From an uncultured Nitrospiraceae bacterium (GTDB taxonomy: Bacteria > Nitrospirota > Thermodesulfovibrionia > Thermodesulfovibrionales > SM23-35): a stretch of DNA of 64,000 bases. The position numbers and the translations under genes are program-made. The notes under the pieces are model-generated. The model was not told where the DNA came from, searched no databases, and was given only the letters and a program-made list of their open reading frames with translations. Shown in pieces: positions 31,068-40,558 of the stretch. The stretch covers positions 416,001 through 480,000 of the forward strand of contig CAVSHB010000002.1 in assembly GCA_963727775.1 (NCBI GenBank), read 5' to 3'. Each line of letters opens with the position of its first letter. Position 1 is the first letter of the stretch.

Positions 31068-32223
31068 CCCGCCTCATTTTTATCCCTTTGAGGAGACCTT
31101 CAAGTTTTGCGATCAATTCCTCTTTATCTTTACCGAGAAGTTTCAAAAGTGACTTCAATTCTTCAATGCGTTGTATGATTTTAGGATCGGCCGGCTCTGA
31201 TGAAAGAAGTTTCCTGTATATATTCATTGCTTCCATGTATTTGCCGCCAAGAATATACTGGTCCGCATCGGCCACAGTAACAACACTCTGTTGTGGAATT
31301 TCCTTTTTCTCCATTGTAACCGCCTGTTCCCGGATGTCCTGTTCTTTCAACAGACCTTCAAATGACAATGGCTCTTTTTCAGGAATTTCATGATCTTCTA
31401 TAACGGTTTCTGATGCTGATGCTTCTTCCGGCGGGCTAAGCGTCTCGGAGTGTGCCTTCCATATCTCCATATCTTCTAAGCTTATCGGCGGTTCGGATGG
31501 CTTTTCTTCCTCTCCCCCAAGGTTTATTTCAGAGTGCGCCTTCCATATCTCCATATCTTCCAAATCTTCTAAGCTTATCGGGGCGGCTGTTTTTTTATTA
31601 TTCTCGCCTCCGATGTCTCCCAATGCTTCAGCCGGATGCTCCTGCGGTTCTACGTATTCTTTATCAGATATTGCAGGCGTTTCTTCTATCTTTTCAGCTA
31701 TCTCTGTGCGGAGTTTCAATAGATCCGGTTCTTTTCTGCTCTCTGTAGAATGTTGTTCAACCGGTTTTTCTATCCGAGGTTCCGGCCAAGGCTCCTGTTG
31801 CGGTTCTTGAGGATTAATTTCCGGGGCCTGCTCGATTTCAGAAAGGCTTGTTGAAGCCCATTCATCCAAAGGATTAAGGCGCAATACCGTTTTAAATTCT
31901 TTTGCCGCTTTTTCTTTTTCCCCAAGGTCTCTGTAAATCTCGGCCAACTTTTTGTGGGCATACAGATTGTCAGGTATTGCCTCGATGACCTTTTCGAATT
32001 CGGCCCTTGCCTCGTCCGGCATCCCGCGCTCGATGTATATCTTGCCGAGTGAAACACGGGCGCTCAAATATCCCGGCTGTCTTTCGAGGCCGCTGGTGAG
32101 TACATCAATAGCCTCATCATACATCCCGGACTTTTTGTATTCTTCAGCTAAAGGTACAAACAGTTTTGAATTGGGGTCTTTTTCTATTTTTTCTTTCAGT
32201 CTTTCGATTTCTTCAAGCGCCAT
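31045..32223 (-). CDS. TPR protein with acidic low-complexity linker
   Basis: DPNSKLFVPLAEEY, N-terminal TPR-like helices, E/P-rich middle, C-terminal TPR-like helix pair. Confidence 0.8.
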   Translation of the reverse strand: MALEEIERLKEKIEKDPNSKLFVPLAEEYKKSGMYDEAIDVLTSGLERQPGYLSARVSLGKIYIERGMPDEARAEFEKVIEAIPDNLYAHKKLAEIYRDLGEKEKAAKEFKTVLRLNPLDEWASTSLSEIEQAPEINPQEPQQEPWPEPRIEKPVEQHSTESRKEPDLLKLRTEIAEKIEETPAISDKEYVEPQEHPAEALGDIGGENNKKTAAPISLEDLEDMEIWKAHSEINLGGEEEKPSEPPISLEDMEIWKAHSETLSPPEEASASETVIEDHEIPEKEPLSFEGLLKEQDIREQAVTMEKKEIPQQSVVTVADADQYILGGKYMEAMNIYRKLLSSEPADPKIIQRIEELKSLLKLLGKDKEELIAKLEGLLKGIKMRRDEFFGSS

Positions 32224-32259
32224 AATATGACCAAATTTTCAATCAAATAGGGAAAAAAG

Positions 32260-33495
32260 TCAAGTTTTGATTTCAATCATCCTATCTAATATTGCGTCTG
32301 CGACAGAATCTTTACTTAGAAGAGGAAGTTCCATTTCCTTTTTTTTATCAATAATAACGACCCTGTTTGTGTCGACGTCAAACCCTGAGCCGGGTTCCGT
32401 GATATCATTGAATACGATCATATCCATGTTCTTTTCTTTTAATTTCTTTTTTGCATTTTCTATCTTACCGCCGGTCTCTGCCGCAAAGCCGATGATAAAA
32501 GGCCTGTTTTTATTTTTGCTCGCTTCTGAGATAATATCGGTAGTATGTCTGAGCTGTAAGAGCAGCTCGCCGGTTTTTCTTATCTTTTCATGAGACATTT
32601 CCAACGGCCCAAAATCGGACACTGCTGCAGACATTATTAAAACAGTCGATGAAGGCAGCTCATTGGTAACGGCATTCAACATACCTGCAGAAGTTTCTGT
32701 AGAGATAAATTTCAGACCTTTGGGCCGGGGTAATGAAGACGGGCCGCTTATCAATGTTACATCGGCTCCTCTTCTTAATGCGGCCTTTGCAAGGGCGTAT
32801 CCCATCTTGCCTGATGACCTGTTTGATAAAAACCTGACAGGGTCAAGGTATTCCCTTGTAGGGCCGGCGGTTACAAGTATTTTTTCTTTCAGCAGGTCTT
32901 TGCCCGTGAGAGAAGACTTTATCGCTTCTATAATATCAGGGATGTCCGCTATCCTTCCAATGCCTTCTTCTCCGCATGCCAAAGGACCTTTTTCCGGGCC
33001 TACCTGAATAACGCCACGGGACCGAAGAGACTTCAGGTTGTCCTGCACAACGGGATTTTCATACATCCGCCAGTTCATTGCCGGGGCAATGACAATACTC
33101 CCGTTGAATGAAAGGAGGGCGGTGCTGAGAAAATCATCGGCAATGCCGTGAGCGAACTTCCCTATGATGTTCGCTGTGGCAGGAGCTATTACCAGGAGGT
33201 CGGCGCCGGCAGGCACTGCGATGTGTGACATCGGATCGGAGAACAGATCGGAATAGACTTTGTTTTGTGAAGCAACTTCGAGGGACAACTGTGTTACGAA
33301 ATTCCCGGCGGCCCCGGTCATGATTACAGTGACCGATGAGCCTTCTTCCCTGAGTCTCCGGGCTAAATCAATGGCTTTGTAAGCGGCGACCCCTCCTGTT
33401 ACTCCGAGGAGTATGGATTTATTCTTCAGTACCTTCCTCTTGTTTTTCACTGAAGAGACCTTCCAGCGCTTTTTTGTCAAGTGTCTCTTTTTCAT
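32260..33495 (-). CDS. coaBC: Phosphopantothenoylcysteine decarboxylase/ligase
   Basis: LGVTGGVAAYKA, APAMN, TAGPTREYLDPVRFLSNRSSGKMG, GFAAET; true start probably near 33430-33450. Confidence 0.95.
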   Translation of the reverse strand: MKKRHLTKKRWKVSSVKNKRKVLKNKSILLGVTGGVAAYKAIDLARRLREEGSSVTVIMTGAAGNFVTQLSLEVASQNKVYSDLFSDPMSHIAVPAGADLLVIAPATANIIGKFAHGIADDFLSTALLSFNGSIVIAPAMNWRMYENPVVQDNLKSLRSRGVIQVGPEKGPLACGEEGIGRIADIPDIIEAIKSSLTGKDLLKEKILVTAGPTREYLDPVRFLSNRSSGKMGYALAKAALRRGADVTLISGPSSLPRPKGLKFISTETSAGMLNAVTNELPSSTVLIMSAAVSDFGPLEMSHEKIRKTGELLLQLRHTTDIISEASKNKNRPFIIGFAAETGGKIENAKKKLKEKNMDMIVFNDITEPGSGFDVDTNRVVIIDKKKEMELPLLSKDSVADAILDRMIEIKT

Positions 33496-33817
33496 GGAGA
33501 TAGACCTTCAGGTCTTTCTCGAACTCTGTAAGGTCCTCGCCCGTCATTTCCCTCTTCTTCTCCTCGAGAAGTTTCCTATAATCAAATTTTTTAGAATCTT
33601 CTTTTGCTTTTAAGGCTTCTTCACCGATCAGGAATTCGATGGTATTGCCTATTGTTTCTTCGAGGGCTATGGTCGAAATTTTTCTTGCCTTTGTTTTGAC
33701 CCTCGGGGCAGCGCCTACAGCGAGTTCCTTTGCCCTCTGAGCTGCTATGGCTATAATCCTGAATCTCCCGTCTATCTTGTTGCGGTCATATTCAACCGGT
33801 AAAGAAATAATATCCAT
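33419..33817 (-). CDS. rpoZ: RNA polymerase omega subunit (extended C-terminus)
   Basis: IDGRFRIIAIAAQRAKEL, TIALEE; gmk-rpoZ-coaBC synteny. Confidence 0.85.
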   Translation of the reverse strand: MDIISLPVEYDRNKIDGRFRIIAIAAQRAKELAVGAAPRVKTKARKISTIALEETIGNTIEFLIGEEALKAKEDSKKFDYRKLLEEKKREMTGEDLTEFEKDLKVYLHEKETLDKKALEGLFSEKQEEGTEE

Positions 33818-33819
33818 GC

Positions 33820-34452
33820 TTATACTTCCTCCTGTTTTAAAAACCTTTCTTCGATCCAGAATGGATTGATTTTTTTAGTGCTGGCCCTATGCGAAATTAT
33901 TATCGCCTCAAATTCTCTGAGCGCATCCTCAAGGCGGTCATTAATTATAACATAATCGTACTTCGGGTAGGTTTTTATTTCTGCTACGGCCCTTTTAATC
34001 CTTTTTTCTATCTCCTTTGTCGAATCGGTCATCCTTTGTTCAAGTCTTTGTTTCAATACCTCCATAGAGGGAGGAAGAACGAAAACGTATGTCCCCATTG
34101 CAAACTTCTCTTTGATCTGCATGGCGCCCTGTGTATCAATATCCAGAATGACATCGTTTCCGGAATCCATAAGCTCTTCAAGACGGTTCCGTGAGGTGCC
34201 GTAAAGCTCACCATGCACTTCCGCCCACTCGATAAAACCACCCCTGTCTGCCATCGACCTGAAATCTTCCCTGCTTATGAAGGTATAGTCCCTGTCGTTT
34301 ACTTCACCTTGCCGGGGCTGCCTAGTTGTATAAGAGACGGAAAACCTTAATTGAGGCATGGACGAAACCAGTTTCCTGCATAAAGAAGTCTTGCCGGCCC
34401 CGGAAGGAGCAGAGACCACAAACAGGCTCCCTTTACTCTTCTTCTCCTGCAA
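33820..34452 (-). CDS. gmk: Guanylate kinase
   Basis: [32 protein letters not shown]. Confidence 0.96.
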   Translation of the reverse strand: MQEKKSKGSLFVVSAPSGAGKTSLCRKLVSSMPQLRFSVSYTTRQPRQGEVNDRDYTFISREDFRSMADRGGFIEWAEVHGELYGTSRNRLEELMDSGNDVILDIDTQGAMQIKEKFAMGTYVFVLPPSMEVLKQRLEQRMTDSTKEIEKRIKRAVAEIKTYPKYDYVIINDRLEDALREFEAIIISHRASTKKINPFWIEERFLKQEEV

Positions 34453-34717
34453 ATGAATCCTTTCCTTCGAAGAATCTCTGAGTAATCGTCTCTGCCTGGA
34501 TTGCGGACAATATAATGTGGTTACTGTCCGTTATTATGATCGAGCGTGTACGCCTTCCCTCGGTTGCATCGATTAATCTCCCTGCCTTCTTTGCTTCTTC
34601 ACGTAATCTTTTCATCGGTGCTGAACCAGGAGTGACAATCGCAACAACCTTGGAGGCAGCCACAACATTGCCGAACCCGATATTAACGAGCACCGGACTG
34701 AGGTCACCTTTTTTCAT
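34433..34717 (-). CDS. remA: RemA/DUF370 family protein
   Basis: [31 protein letters not shown]. Confidence 0.9.
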   Translation of the reverse strand: MKKGDLSPVLVNIGFGNVVAASKVVAIVTPGSAPMKRLREEAKKAGRLIDATEGRRTRSIIITDSNHIILSAIQAETITQRFFEGKDSFAGEEE

Positions 34718-34761
34718 TGTTTACATCCTTTCATTTGACATGTGTCGGAGTGAGCGTTTTT

Positions 34762-35610
34762 TTACTGTATATTCTGTATCTGTTCCCTGATCTTTTCGAG
34801 TTCTGTTTTCATTTCAACCGCAAGTTTAGATATGGAATAATCATTCGACTTATAACTTAATGTGTTCACTTCTCTGCTGATCTCCTGGAGAAGGAAATCG
34901 AGTTTCTTACCAATTATATCACCGTGAGTAAAAATCTCCAAAAACTGTTTTAAATGGTTTTCTATCCTGTTTATTTCTTCTGATATGTCAAGTTTTTCTG
35001 CCATGATCGCGGTTTCCTGAAGTATCCTGTTATTGTCTATAACTCCGGGATCGAGTAGTGAATTCAATTTTTCGACAAATTGCTCTTTCCATTTTATAGC
35101 CTCTTCAGGCGCAATGGATTTTATCTGTTTGTGCATGCCCTCGAGCAAATCCAATCTTTTTCTGATATCCTCCGTAAGAAGAGCGCCTTCTTTGGTCCTC
35201 ATCTCATCGAGGCGAGAAACAGCGGTATGGAATGCGGCGTACAAGGCTTCAGTGTTGTATTTCGGCTCTTCTTCTACAAAGATTTCACGATAGTCTTTAA
35301 AGGTTTCTATAGTTATATCCCCGGGTAGCCCGAGTTCCTTTTGTAAATTCCGTAAAGCGTCATAAATGTTTTGCGCCAGTTCTTTATTTATTTTCAACTG
35401 CGTTGCTTTGCCCGCTGCTACCGAGATGAAAACATCAAATCTACCCCTCTGAAACCGCTCCTTCAGAATATTTCTCAAAGGGATTTCATACTGACCCATA
35501 AGTTGAGGCATCTTCACTGAGATGTCGATAAACCTGTGGTTTAAAGAGCGAATCTCGACTGTAAAGTCGTCACTGGCAGCGCTGCCAAACCCTGTCATGC
35601 TCTGTATCAT
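34762..35610 (-). CDS. yicC: YicC/YloC family endoribonuclease
   Basis: MIQSMTGFG, EIRSLNHRF, GKKLDFLLQE.SREVNT, EKIREQIQNI. Confidence 0.93.
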   Translation of the reverse strand: MIQSMTGFGSAASDDFTVEIRSLNHRFIDISVKMPQLMGQYEIPLRNILKERFQRGRFDVFISVAAGKATQLKINKELAQNIYDALRNLQKELGLPGDITIETFKDYREIFVEEEPKYNTEALYAAFHTAVSRLDEMRTKEGALLTEDIRKRLDLLEGMHKQIKSIAPEEAIKWKEQFVEKLNSLLDPGVIDNNRILQETAIMAEKLDISEEINRIENHLKQFLEIFTHGDIIGKKLDFLLQEISREVNTLSYKSNDYSISKLAVEMKTELEKIREQIQNIQ

Positions 35611-35736
35611 ACAGTTAAACTATAAAAAAGTTAGATAAATTAGTCAATGAAAGTAAGCAATAACAAGCAACAGCTTGCAAAATGAACTAATAATTGGATA
35701 AAATGAGTTTTGTAAAACTGCTTTGGAGGGACTGAA

Positions 35737-36312
35737 ATGGCTGAAATGATGGAAATAAGATGGCATGGAAGAGGAGGTCAGGGAACGGTTACCGCAGCCA
35801 AGGTGCTTGCAGACGCCTGTCTGAGCGGGGGAAGGCATGTACAGGCATTCCCTGAATACGGTCCCGAGAGGGCCGGAGCTCCGCTAAAAGCATATAACCG
35901 GATCAGTGCAAAGGAACTCAGGATGCACTGTCCTGTTCTCAATCCGCAGGTTGTCAGTGTGGTGGATGCAACATTGCTTGATGGAATTAATGTTGCTGAA
36001 GGTGCTACAGAAGATGCGATATTTGTTGTGAACACATCAAAGGACCCGAAGGAGATAAGGGCAAAGCTGAATGTGGGGCCAAAGCAGAAGGTCTTTACCG
36101 TTGACGCGACAAAGATTGCAGTAGATTGCATCGGAAGGGCTCTGCCAAATGCCCCTATGCTTGGGACCATATGTAAGGTGACAGGTATCGTAACCCTTGA
36201 GCACCTCCTTGAAGATGTCAAAAAAAGCTTTGGCAAGAAATTTTCACAAAAAATAATCGATGGCAACCTCGAAGCAACAAAGCGTGGATACGAGGAGGTA
36301 AAAGAAGGATGA
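35737..36312 (+). CDS. porC: Pyruvate/2-oxoacid:ferredoxin oxidoreductase gamma subunit
   Basis: EIRWHGRGGQG, FPEYGPERAGAP. Confidence 0.92.
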   Translation: MAEMMEIRWHGRGGQGTVTAAKVLADACLSGGRHVQAFPEYGPERAGAPLKAYNRISAKELRMHCPVLNPQVVSVVDATLLDGINVAEGATEDAIFVVNTSKDPKEIRAKLNVGPKQKVFTVDATKIAVDCIGRALPNAPMLGTICKVTGIVTLEHLLEDVKKSFGKKFSQKIIDGNLEATKRGYEEVKEG

Positions 36313-36602
36313 AACTCAAGGGATGGAAAGAAGTGAATCCGGGCGCTGTCATTACCGAGGCAGGCAGTGCAGTAAAGTTTAAAACAGGGTCATGGAGGTC
36401 TTCAAAGCCGGTTTGGATAGAAGAGAATTGCATACAATGTCTTTTCTGCTGGATTTACTGTCCTGATATGGCTGTTAAAGTAAAGGACGGCAAGAGAGCT
36501 GAATTTGACTATGAATATTGCAAGGGCTGTGGGATTTGCGCACTTGAATGCCCGGGGAAGAAAGGCAAGAAAGCAATCGTTATGGTAGAGGAGGGCAAAT
36601 AA
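36309..36602 (+). CDS. porD: Pyruvate:ferredoxin oxidoreductase delta subunit
   Basis: KTGSWRS.KP, CIQCLFCWIYCP, CKGCGICALECP. Confidence 0.92.
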   Translation: MKLKGWKEVNPGAVITEAGSAVKFKTGSWRSSKPVWIEENCIQCLFCWIYCPDMAVKVKDGKRAEFDYEYCKGCGICALECPGKKGKKAIVMVEEGK

Positions 36603-37783
36603 TGGGTAAAATTGTTGCCGTAACCGGGAATGAGGCGGTTGCAAATGCTCTCAGGCAGATAAACCCTGATGTCTGTGCAATGTATCCTATTACCCCTGCG
36701 ACTGAGATGATGCAGAGATTTTCAAGTTTTGTATCAGATGGCCTGGTAAAGACAGAACTTATTCTTGTTGAGAGCGAGCACAGTGCAATGAGTTCCTGTG
36801 TCGGCGCGTCTGCTGCCGGCGGAAGGGTCATTACTGGGACTTCATCTCAGGGACTTGCCCTTATGTGGGAGATATTATTTATTGCCTCAGGCACAAGACT
36901 TCCTATCGTTATGCCTGTAGTTAACCGAGCCCTGTCAGCCCCATTGAATATCCATGGTGACCATTCTGATGCAATGGGTGCCAGAGATACGGGATGGATA
37001 CAACTATGGTCTGAGAATGCACAGGAGGCATATGATAATGCTATTCAGGCGTTCCGTATTGCTGAACATATGGATATACGGCTTCCCATAATGGTCTGTA
37101 TGGATGGTTTTATCATAAGTCATTCTATAGAGAGGATACAGTATCTGGAGGATGAGGAGGTTAAAAAGTTTGTCGGTGAGTTCAGGCAGCTGAACCCTTT
37201 GCTGGACATAGAGCATCCGATCAGTTACGGACCTCTGATACTTACCGACTATTACATGGAATACAGAAAAGCACAGGCTGAGGTTGCGTCAAAGGTTTCC
37301 GGGATCGTGCTGGATGTTGCCCGGGAATTTGAGAAACTATCAGGAAGAAAATACGATTTATTCGAGACATACAGGCTCGAAGATGCAGAAATAGGGCTTG
37401 TCATCCTCAACTCTGCAGCCGGCACCTCGAAGGATGTGGTTGATGAATTCAGAAATAGGGGGATTAAGGCAGGACTCTTAAAGCCCAGGCTGTACCGGCC
37501 GTTCCCATATAAGGAAATAGGAGAAGCATTGAAACACCTGAAGGCTCTCTGCGTGCTGGACAGGGCTGATGCCTTTGGCGGTTCCTTTGGTCCGGTAATG
37601 TTAGACATCGCTACAAGCCTCTCCCCTTACAAGGAGAAGCCTGTACTGATAAATAAAATATACGGACTCGGTGGAAGGGATTATCTGCCTGAGCATGCAG
37701 AACTTGTTCTCAACGAACTTATCGGGATAGCAAAGACAGGGACAGTCAAGAGCTATAAGGAATACATAGGAGTGAGGGAATAA
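36602..37783 (+). CDS. porA: Pyruvate:ferredoxin oxidoreductase alpha subunit
   Basis: YPITP, VESEHSAMS, NRALSAPLNIHGDH. Confidence 0.93.
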   Translation: MGKIVAVTGNEAVANALRQINPDVCAMYPITPATEMMQRFSSFVSDGLVKTELILVESEHSAMSSCVGASAAGGRVITGTSSQGLALMWEILFIASGTRLPIVMPVVNRALSAPLNIHGDHSDAMGARDTGWIQLWSENAQEAYDNAIQAFRIAEHMDIRLPIMVCMDGFIISHSIERIQYLEDEEVKKFVGEFRQLNPLLDIEHPISYGPLILTDYYMEYRKAQAEVASKVSGIVLDVAREFEKLSGRKYDLFETYRLEDAEIGLVILNSAAGTSKDVVDEFRNRGIKAGLLKPRLYRPFPYKEIGEALKHLKALCVLDRADAFGGSFGPVMLDIATSLSPYKEKPVLINKIYGLGGRDYLPEHAELVLNELIGIAKTGTVKSYKEYIGVRE

Positions 37784-37784
37784 C

Positions 37785-38720
37785 ATGGGAAAACTTACTT
37801 TAAAAGAACTTACCAAGAAAGAAATTCGGATATCATCCGGGCACAGATTATGCGCCGGCTGCGGCGCCCCTACAGTCGTAAAAATGGTCCTCCTTGCGAT
37901 CGATTATCCTGTGATTGCAGCAAACGCAACAGGGTGTCTCGAGGTTTCAAGCTGCATATCCGATTACACAGCATGGAAGATTCCCTGGATTCACAATGCA
38001 TTTGAAAATGCTGCTGCCACCCTCTCCGGTGTTGAGACAATGTACAGGTCTTTGAAAAAGCAGGGCAAGATAACCAAGGAAATAAAGTTCATTGCCTTTG
38101 GTGGTGATGGTGGAACATATGATATAGGCCTGCAGAGCCTTTCCGGTGCTATGGAGCGTGGGCATGACATGCTCTATATCTGTTATGACAACGGCGCATA
38201 TATGAATACCGGCATCCAGCGTTCAAGTGCAACGCCTTTTGGCGCTGATACCACAACCAGGCCTGCGGGCAGCGTCGTACAGGGCAAGTCCGAACAGAGG
38301 AAGAACCTGACAAAGATCATGGCAGCCCACAACATTCCCTATGCAGCCCAGGCTTCTCCAAGCCACTGGATGGACCTCATGAAAAAGGTGCAGAAGGCAA
38401 TGGAGATCAATGGCCCGAAATTCATGAATATCATTTCCCCCTGTAACCGGGGATGGAGATCGAGGACCGATGATGCGATACTGTTAAGCAGGCTTGCGGT
38501 AGAGACATGCTATTGGCCGCTGTATGAGATAGAGAACGGCGTCACAAAGATCACATTTAAGCCGAAAGAGAAAAAATCTATTATAGACTTTCTTAAACCG
38601 CAGGGGAGATTCAAACATCTTTTCAAACCTGAAAATGAAGGACTATTAACAAGAATTCAGGAAGAGATAGACAGAGAATGGAACAGACTGCAAAAGGAGG
38701 AATCCTGTTTTGCATCTTGA
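37785..38720 (+). CDS. porB: Pyruvate:ferredoxin oxidoreductase beta subunit
   Basis: GHRLCAGCG, GGDGGTYDIG, YDNGAYMNTGIQRS. Confidence 0.93.
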   Translation: MGKLTLKELTKKEIRISSGHRLCAGCGAPTVVKMVLLAIDYPVIAANATGCLEVSSCISDYTAWKIPWIHNAFENAAATLSGVETMYRSLKKQGKITKEIKFIAFGGDGGTYDIGLQSLSGAMERGHDMLYICYDNGAYMNTGIQRSSATPFGADTTTRPAGSVVQGKSEQRKNLTKIMAAHNIPYAAQASPSHWMDLMKKVQKAMEINGPKFMNIISPCNRGWRSRTDDAILLSRLAVETCYWPLYEIENGVTKITFKPKEKKSIIDFLKPQGRFKHLFKPENEGLLTRIQEEIDREWNRLQKEESCFAS

Positions 38721-38753
38721 TTATAAGATATTGGTTGTGATAGATTTTATGCC

Positions 38754-39248
38754 ATGACAGGTTCCGACCTTGTTATGTATGAAGAGGAGTTCCGGAAGAT
38801 CGATTCGGAGCTCCAGAAACTGCATCAGCAGTCAAACGCGAAGGTAGTCTTCCTGGTCGACAAAAACGGCCAGCTCATAGCATCCGCCGGCGAAACGCAT
38901 GATATCGACACTACATCGCTTGCATCTCTCACTGCCGGTAATATAGCTGCAACCGGTGGGATCGCAAGGCTTTTGGGAGAAAAGGAATTTACTATCCTCT
39001 TTCATGAAGGCGAGAAGGACAATATCCATATCTCTTTGATAGGACAAAGGATCATCCTCGTAGTTATATTCGACAGCAGGTCTTCATTAGGGTTGGTCAG
39101 GCTGCGTGTTAAGAAGGCGTCTGAATCGTTGGCAAGGATATTTGAGGAAATCACCCAAAAGGTTGAAAAAGACAAAGGTGAAGGAAAACTGGATGAATCT
39201 ATCTTTGCAGAAATCAGTGATGAAGATATTGATAACCTTTTCAGGTAG
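38754..39248 (+). CDS. mglB: MglB GTPase-activating Roadblock protein
   Basis: LVMYEEEF, AKVVFLVDKNGQLI, DTTSLASLTAGN, C-terminal EISDEDIDNLF. Confidence 0.92.
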   Translation: MTGSDLVMYEEEFRKIDSELQKLHQQSNAKVVFLVDKNGQLIASAGETHDIDTTSLASLTAGNIAATGGIARLLGEKEFTILFHEGEKDNIHISLIGQRIILVVIFDSRSSLGLVRLRVKKASESLARIFEEITQKVEKDKGEGKLDESIFAEISDEDIDNLFR

Positions 39249-39260
39249 GGTGCCTCTTAA

Positions 39261-39848
39261 GTGTCTTTTATAAATTATTCCTCGCGTGAGATCAACTGCA
39301 AAATTGTTTATTACGGACCCGGACTTTGCGGAAAAACCACAAACCTCCAGTATATTTACAGGAGGACAAATCCGGACCAGAAGGGGAAACTCATATCCCT
39401 TGCGACAGAGACCGAGAGGACGCTTTTTTTTGATTTCCTGCCTATAGCCCTTGGTGATATTAAGGGCTTCAAGATTCGGTTCCATCTTTATACGGTCCCC
39501 GGACAAGTCTTTTATGCCGCCAGCAGAAAGCTCATTCTCAAGGGCGTTGACGGTGTTGTTTTTGTTGCGGACAGCCAGATAGAGAGGATGGAGTCCAATA
39601 TGGAGAGCCTCGATGACCTGAAGATAAATCTTTCGGAACAAGGGTATGAAGTTGAAAAATTGCCGTTTACGATGCAGTACAACAAGAGAGACCTCCCGAA
39701 TGTGGTGCCTTTTGATGATATGGACAAACTATTGAATTCCCGGAGGCTGCCATACTTTGAAGCGGTTGCCGTTTCAGGAAAAGGTGTTTTCGAAACACTT
39801 AAATCCGTTGCCAAACAGGTCCTTTTCGAGCTGAAGAAACACTATTAA
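39261..39848 (+). CDS. mglA: MglA small Ras-like GTPase
   Basis: MSFINYSSREINCKIVYYGPGLCGKTTNL, TVPGQVFY, QYNKRDL. Confidence 0.96.
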   Translation: MSFINYSSREINCKIVYYGPGLCGKTTNLQYIYRRTNPDQKGKLISLATETERTLFFDFLPIALGDIKGFKIRFHLYTVPGQVFYAASRKLILKGVDGVVFVADSQIERMESNMESLDDLKINLSEQGYEVEKLPFTMQYNKRDLPNVVPFDDMDKLLNSRRLPYFEAVAVSGKGVFETLKSVAKQVLFELKKHY

Positions 39849-39875
39849 CCAAGTTGTATTGGAGAGGAGGCAGAC

Positions 39876-40283
39876 GTAGAGATTAAAATTTCATTCCCCG
39901 GCGGTAAAAAAGTCAACGCAGAAATGGACGGATTTATTATTTATACAGACCAGCCTCCAAAGTATGGCGGAGACGGTTCGGCGCCTTCTCCCTTTGACCA
40001 CTTTCTTGCATCTATCGGGACGTGCGCCGGCATTTACGTCCTAAGCTTTTGCCAGGAGCGAAAAATTCCTTCTGAACATATTTCCCTTGTCCAGCGCCTT
40101 GAATATGGAAAGACACCGGAAGGGAAGACATTTATCGAGAAGATTGTTATTGATATCATTGTGCCCCCCGGCTTCCCGGAGAAGTACCACAAAGCCTTAA
40201 TAAAGGTGGCAGATAAGTGCGCGGTAAAAAAGGCCATTATGAACCCACCGGTTTTTGAAGTAAGCACAACGGTAAAGAATTAG
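39876..40283 (+). CDS. OsmC family protein
   Basis: TDQP..GG.GSAPSPFD.FLASIGTCAG, KCAVKK; frame open upstream of ATG 39924 (EIKISFPGGKKVNAE). Confidence 0.82.
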   Translation, partial: VEIKISFPGGKKVNAEMDGFIIYTDQPPKYGGDGSAPSPFDHFLASIGTCAGIYVLSFCQERKIPSEHISLVQRLEYGKTPEGKTFIEKIVIDIIVPPGFPEKYHKALIKVADKCAVKKAIMNPPVFEVSTTVKN

Positions 40284-40323
40284 CGATTGATTTTCTACCC
40301 GGACCTTATGGTTTATGAAAAAT

Positions 40324-40438
40324 ACCAACAATGGGGGACACAGTATTTTCGCTCATTCTCGGGCTGTCGCCCTCCGAGGTAAATTCTTTCTTCGAAAGAA
40401 TTTAAAACCGCTCAAATACTGTGTCCCCCATTGTTGGT
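40324..40438 (-). repeat. Structured dispersed repeat family 1, copy D
   Basis: Perfect 25-bp IR 40324-40348/40414-40438; minus-strand core GAGCGGTTT-TAAATTCTTTC-gaa-GAAAGAATTTA-CCTCGGAG-GGC-gaca-GCC-CGAGAATGAGCGA. Confidence 0.92.
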
Positions 40439-40558
40439 TACGGAAAATTGCCTTAACTCAAAAACTGCAAATAGAGAAATGTACCGATGAATATCGGGAT
40501 TGTGAAGAAATTATTTTTCGATACATTATCTGCATTTTTCGGGTTATACTAAACTGCG

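Noticed and set aside
39530..39539. GCTCATTCTC match to the family-1 core inside mglA
   Set aside because: Coding sequence (KLILK) with none of the other core motifs or stems
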